From Alphaproteobacteria bacterium (GTDB lineage: Bacteria; Pseudomonadota; Alphaproteobacteria; Bin95), in contig CAXXWS020000002.1 of the NCBI GenBank assembly GCA_963665325.3, positions 736,001 to 800,000 of the forward strand: a stretch of 64,000 bases of DNA. The letters run 5' to 3'. Positions within the stretch are counted from its first letter, which is position 1, and every line of letters starts with the position of its first letter. Under the pieces are notes generated by a model, which was given only the letters and a program-made list of their open reading frames with translations, was not told where the DNA came from and made no database searches. Both the position numbers and the translations under genes were made by a program. Of the stretch, positions 61,918-64,000 are shown one piece after another.

Positions 61918-62454
61918 TCAGCGCGGCGACATCACCATGACCATCTGCCGCCCTTCCATCTTCGGGAACTGCTCGACCTTGACGGCCTCGCCCAGTTCCG
62001 TCTGGACGCGTTGCAGGACGGCGCGGCCGACTTCCTGGTGAGCCAGTTCCCGTCCGCGGAAGCGCAGGGTCACCTTTACCTTGTCGCCTTCTTCGAGGAA
62101 CCGTCGGACCGAGCGCATCTTGGTGTCGTAATCGTGCTGCTCGATCCCGGGGCGCATCTTGATTTCCTTGACCTCAATGATCTTCTGCTTCTTGCGCGCT
62201 TCGTTCTTCTTTTTTTGAGCTTCGTATTTGAAGCGTCCGTAGTCGAGGACCTTGCAAACCGGCGGCTCCGCATTCGGCGAGACCTCGACCAGGTCGAGGC
62301 CTGCTGCCTGGGCTTCACCCATGGCCTCGTGGATTCCCACAACACCGAGCATGCTGCCGTCAGCGCCGACTAGGCGGACCGACCGCGCCTCGATGTCCTG
62401 ATTCACGCGCGGCCCTTCCTTTTTGGGCGGCACTGTAGACGTGTGTCGAACTAT
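61918..62454 (-). CDS. infC: Translation initiation factor IF-3, probable non-canonical ATA start
   Basis: GPRVN..I, LDLVEVSP.AEPPVCK.LDYG, VKEIKMRP, GDKVK..RFRGRE; AAGGAG-N7-ATA in frame at 62454. Confidence 0.95.
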   Translation of the reverse strand: MVRHTSTVPPKKEGPRVNQDIEARSVRLVGADGSMLGVVGIHEAMGEAQAAGLDLVEVSPNAEPPVCKVLDYGRFKYEAQKKKNEARKKQKIIEVKEIKMRPGIEQHDYDTKMRSVRRFLEEGDKVKVTLRFRGRELAHQEVGRAVLQRVQTELGEAVKVEQFPKMEGRQMVMVMSPR

Positions 62455-62475
62455 GGACCGTCTCCTTCTTGTTCG

Positions 62476-63999
62476 CTAGCGGCCCCGGCTCGGGACCGCC
62501 GCTTCTTCGCACAGGGTATGAATCGAGTCGACAACTGCAAGTATTTCTTGCTGCTGCGAGCCGAGCCGGCGCAATGCGACCGTTCCCTGCTCCGCCTCGC
62601 GCCGCCCTACAACCAGCAGAACCGGCACCTTGGCGACGGAATGTTCGCGCACCTTGAACCCGATCTTCTCGTTGCGCAAATCGAGCTCCACGCGCAGCCC
62701 GGCCGCCCGCAAACGGTCGAAAACCTCGCGCGCGTAAGCGTCGCCGTCGCTCGTGATCGTCGCCACCACCGCCTGCACCGGCGCCAGCCAGAGCGGGAAC
62801 CGCCCCGCATAGTGTTCGATGAGCACGCCGATGAAACGCTCGAACGAGCCGAGGATGGCCCGGTGCAGCATCACCGGCCTGCGCTTCTCGCCGCTTTCGT
62901 CCACATAGCTGGCGTTCAGCCGCTCGGGCAGCACGAAATCGACCTGGAACGTGCCGCATTGCCAGTCCCGGCCGATGGCGTCGCGCAGCACGAACTCGAG
63001 CTTGGGGCCGTAGAACGCACCCTCGCCGGGGTTCAGCTCGACCTCCAGCCCGGTGGCGCGCACGGCGTCCATCAGCGCGGTTTCCGCCTTGTCCCAGACG
63101 TCGTCCTCGCCCGCGCGGACCTCGGGGCGGTCGGAAAATTTGACCAGCACGTCCTCGAAGCCGAAATCCGCATAGATGCTCTGGAGAAGGGTGCAGAATC
63201 GCTCCGTCTCCGCCGTCACTTGGTCCTCGGTCGAGAAGATGTGGGCGTCGTCCTGCGTGAAGGCGCGCACCCGCATGATGCCGTGTAGCGCGCCCGAGGG
63301 CTCATTGCGGTGGCAGGCGCCGAACTCCGCCATACGCAGCGGCAGGTCGCGATAGCTCTTGATGCCCTGTTTGAAGATCTGCACATGGCCGGGGCAGTTC
63401 ATCGGCTTCAGCGCGAACAGCCGGTCCTCCGCCGCCTCGGCCACGAACATGTGCTCGCGGAATTTCTCCCAGTGGCCCGAGGCCTCCCAGAGCGCGCGGT
63501 CGAGAAGCTGCGGCGTCTTCACCTCGACATAGCCGTTCGTGTCGAGGCGCATGCGCATATAGTCCTCGCAGACGCGGAACAGCGTCCAACCCTTGGGCAT
63601 CCAGAAGACCGACCCGGCAGCCTCTTCCTGCAGGTGGAACAGGCCCATCTCGCGTCCGATGCGGCGGTGGTCGCGCCGTTCCGCCTCCTCCAAACGCTCC
63701 AAATAGGCCTTGAGCTCCCTCTCGTCCCGCCAGGCCGTGCCATAGATGCGTTGCAGCATCTCGTTGCGGTGGTCGCCGCGCCAATAGGCCCCGGCGACGC
63801 TCATCAGCTTGAACGCCTTGCCGAGCTTGCCGGTGGAGGGCAGGTGCGGCCCCCGGCAGAGATCGAGGAAGCTGCCCTGCCGGTAGAGCGTGATCGGCTC
63901 TTCCGACGGGATCGAGCGGATGATCTCGGCCTTGTAGTGCTCGCCCTCGCTTTCGAAGAAGCGCGCCGCCTCGTCGCGGTCCCAGACCTCGCGGCCGAT
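62476..63999 (-). CDS. thrS: Threonine--tRNA ligase (5' end outside window)
   Basis: [55 protein letters not shown]; frame open to the window edge. Confidence 0.97.
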   Translation of the reverse strand: MGREVWDRDEAARFFESEGEHYKAEIIRSIPSEEPITLYRQGSFLDLCRGPHLPSTGKLGKAFKLMSVAGAYWRGDHRNEMLQRIYGTAWRDERELKAYLERLEEAERRDHRRIGREMGLFHLQEEAAGSVFWMPKGWTLFRVCEDYMRMRLDTNGYVEVKTPQLLDRALWEASGHWEKFREHMFVAEAAEDRLFALKPMNCPGHVQIFKQGIKSYRDLPLRMAEFGACHRNEPSGALHGIMRVRAFTQDDAHIFSTEDQVTAETERFCTLLQSIYADFGFEDVLVKFSDRPEVRAGEDDVWDKAETALMDAVRATGLEVELNPGEGAFYGPKLEFVLRDAIGRDWQCGTFQVDFVLPERLNASYVDESGEKRRPVMLHRAILGSFERFIGVLIEHYAGRFPLWLAPVQAVVATITSDGDAYAREVFDRLRAAGLRVELDLRNEKIGFKVREHSVAKVPVLLVVGRREAEQGTVALRRLGSQQQEILAVVDSIHTLCEEAAVPSRGR

Positions 64000-64000
64000 C

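Overview
GC-rich alphaproteobacterial chromosome segment, probably Rhodospirillales-like. The assignment rests on the zapE-mdh-sucCD-sucAB-lpdA and thrS-infC-rpmI-rplT-pheS-pheT gene orders and an alpha-type SOS box. Core genes (ettA, DEAD-box helicase, phoX, lpxB, TCA cluster, translation cluster) are mixed with catabolic and transport genes: a peptide-type ABC transporter, a TAXI-TRAP transporter, MFS transporters, a Rieske oxygenase, a CoA-transferase, an amidohydrolase and an Fe-ADH. An accessory zone at about 22.6-36.4 kb holds most of the unusual signals. (1) A two-copy non-coding element: the long copy has an extended -10 promoter overlapped by a LexA-like box, a ~270-nt GC-rich structured leader, an RBS with a micro-ORF, and 10-bp-period CATGACA repeats that put stop codons in all three frames. 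(2) An enolase paralog with active-site substitutions. (3) A small island with a frameshifted Tat-type protein, an AT-hook micro-protein missed by the ORF track and a TbpB-like surface lipoprotein. (4) An orphan DNA methyltransferase. (5) A three-subunit scnBAC-type Co nitrile/thiocyanate hydratase, divergent from an ICL/PEPM-family lyase plus non-canonical LeuCD operon. (6) A Fic protein lacking the catalytic His. Elsewhere there is a collapsed choline-sulfatase pseudogene, a G12 tract beside the TAXI promoter and an ATA-initiated infC. No rRNA, tRNA, CRISPR array, transposase or integrase was seen. All calls come from reading motifs by eye; no database searches were run.
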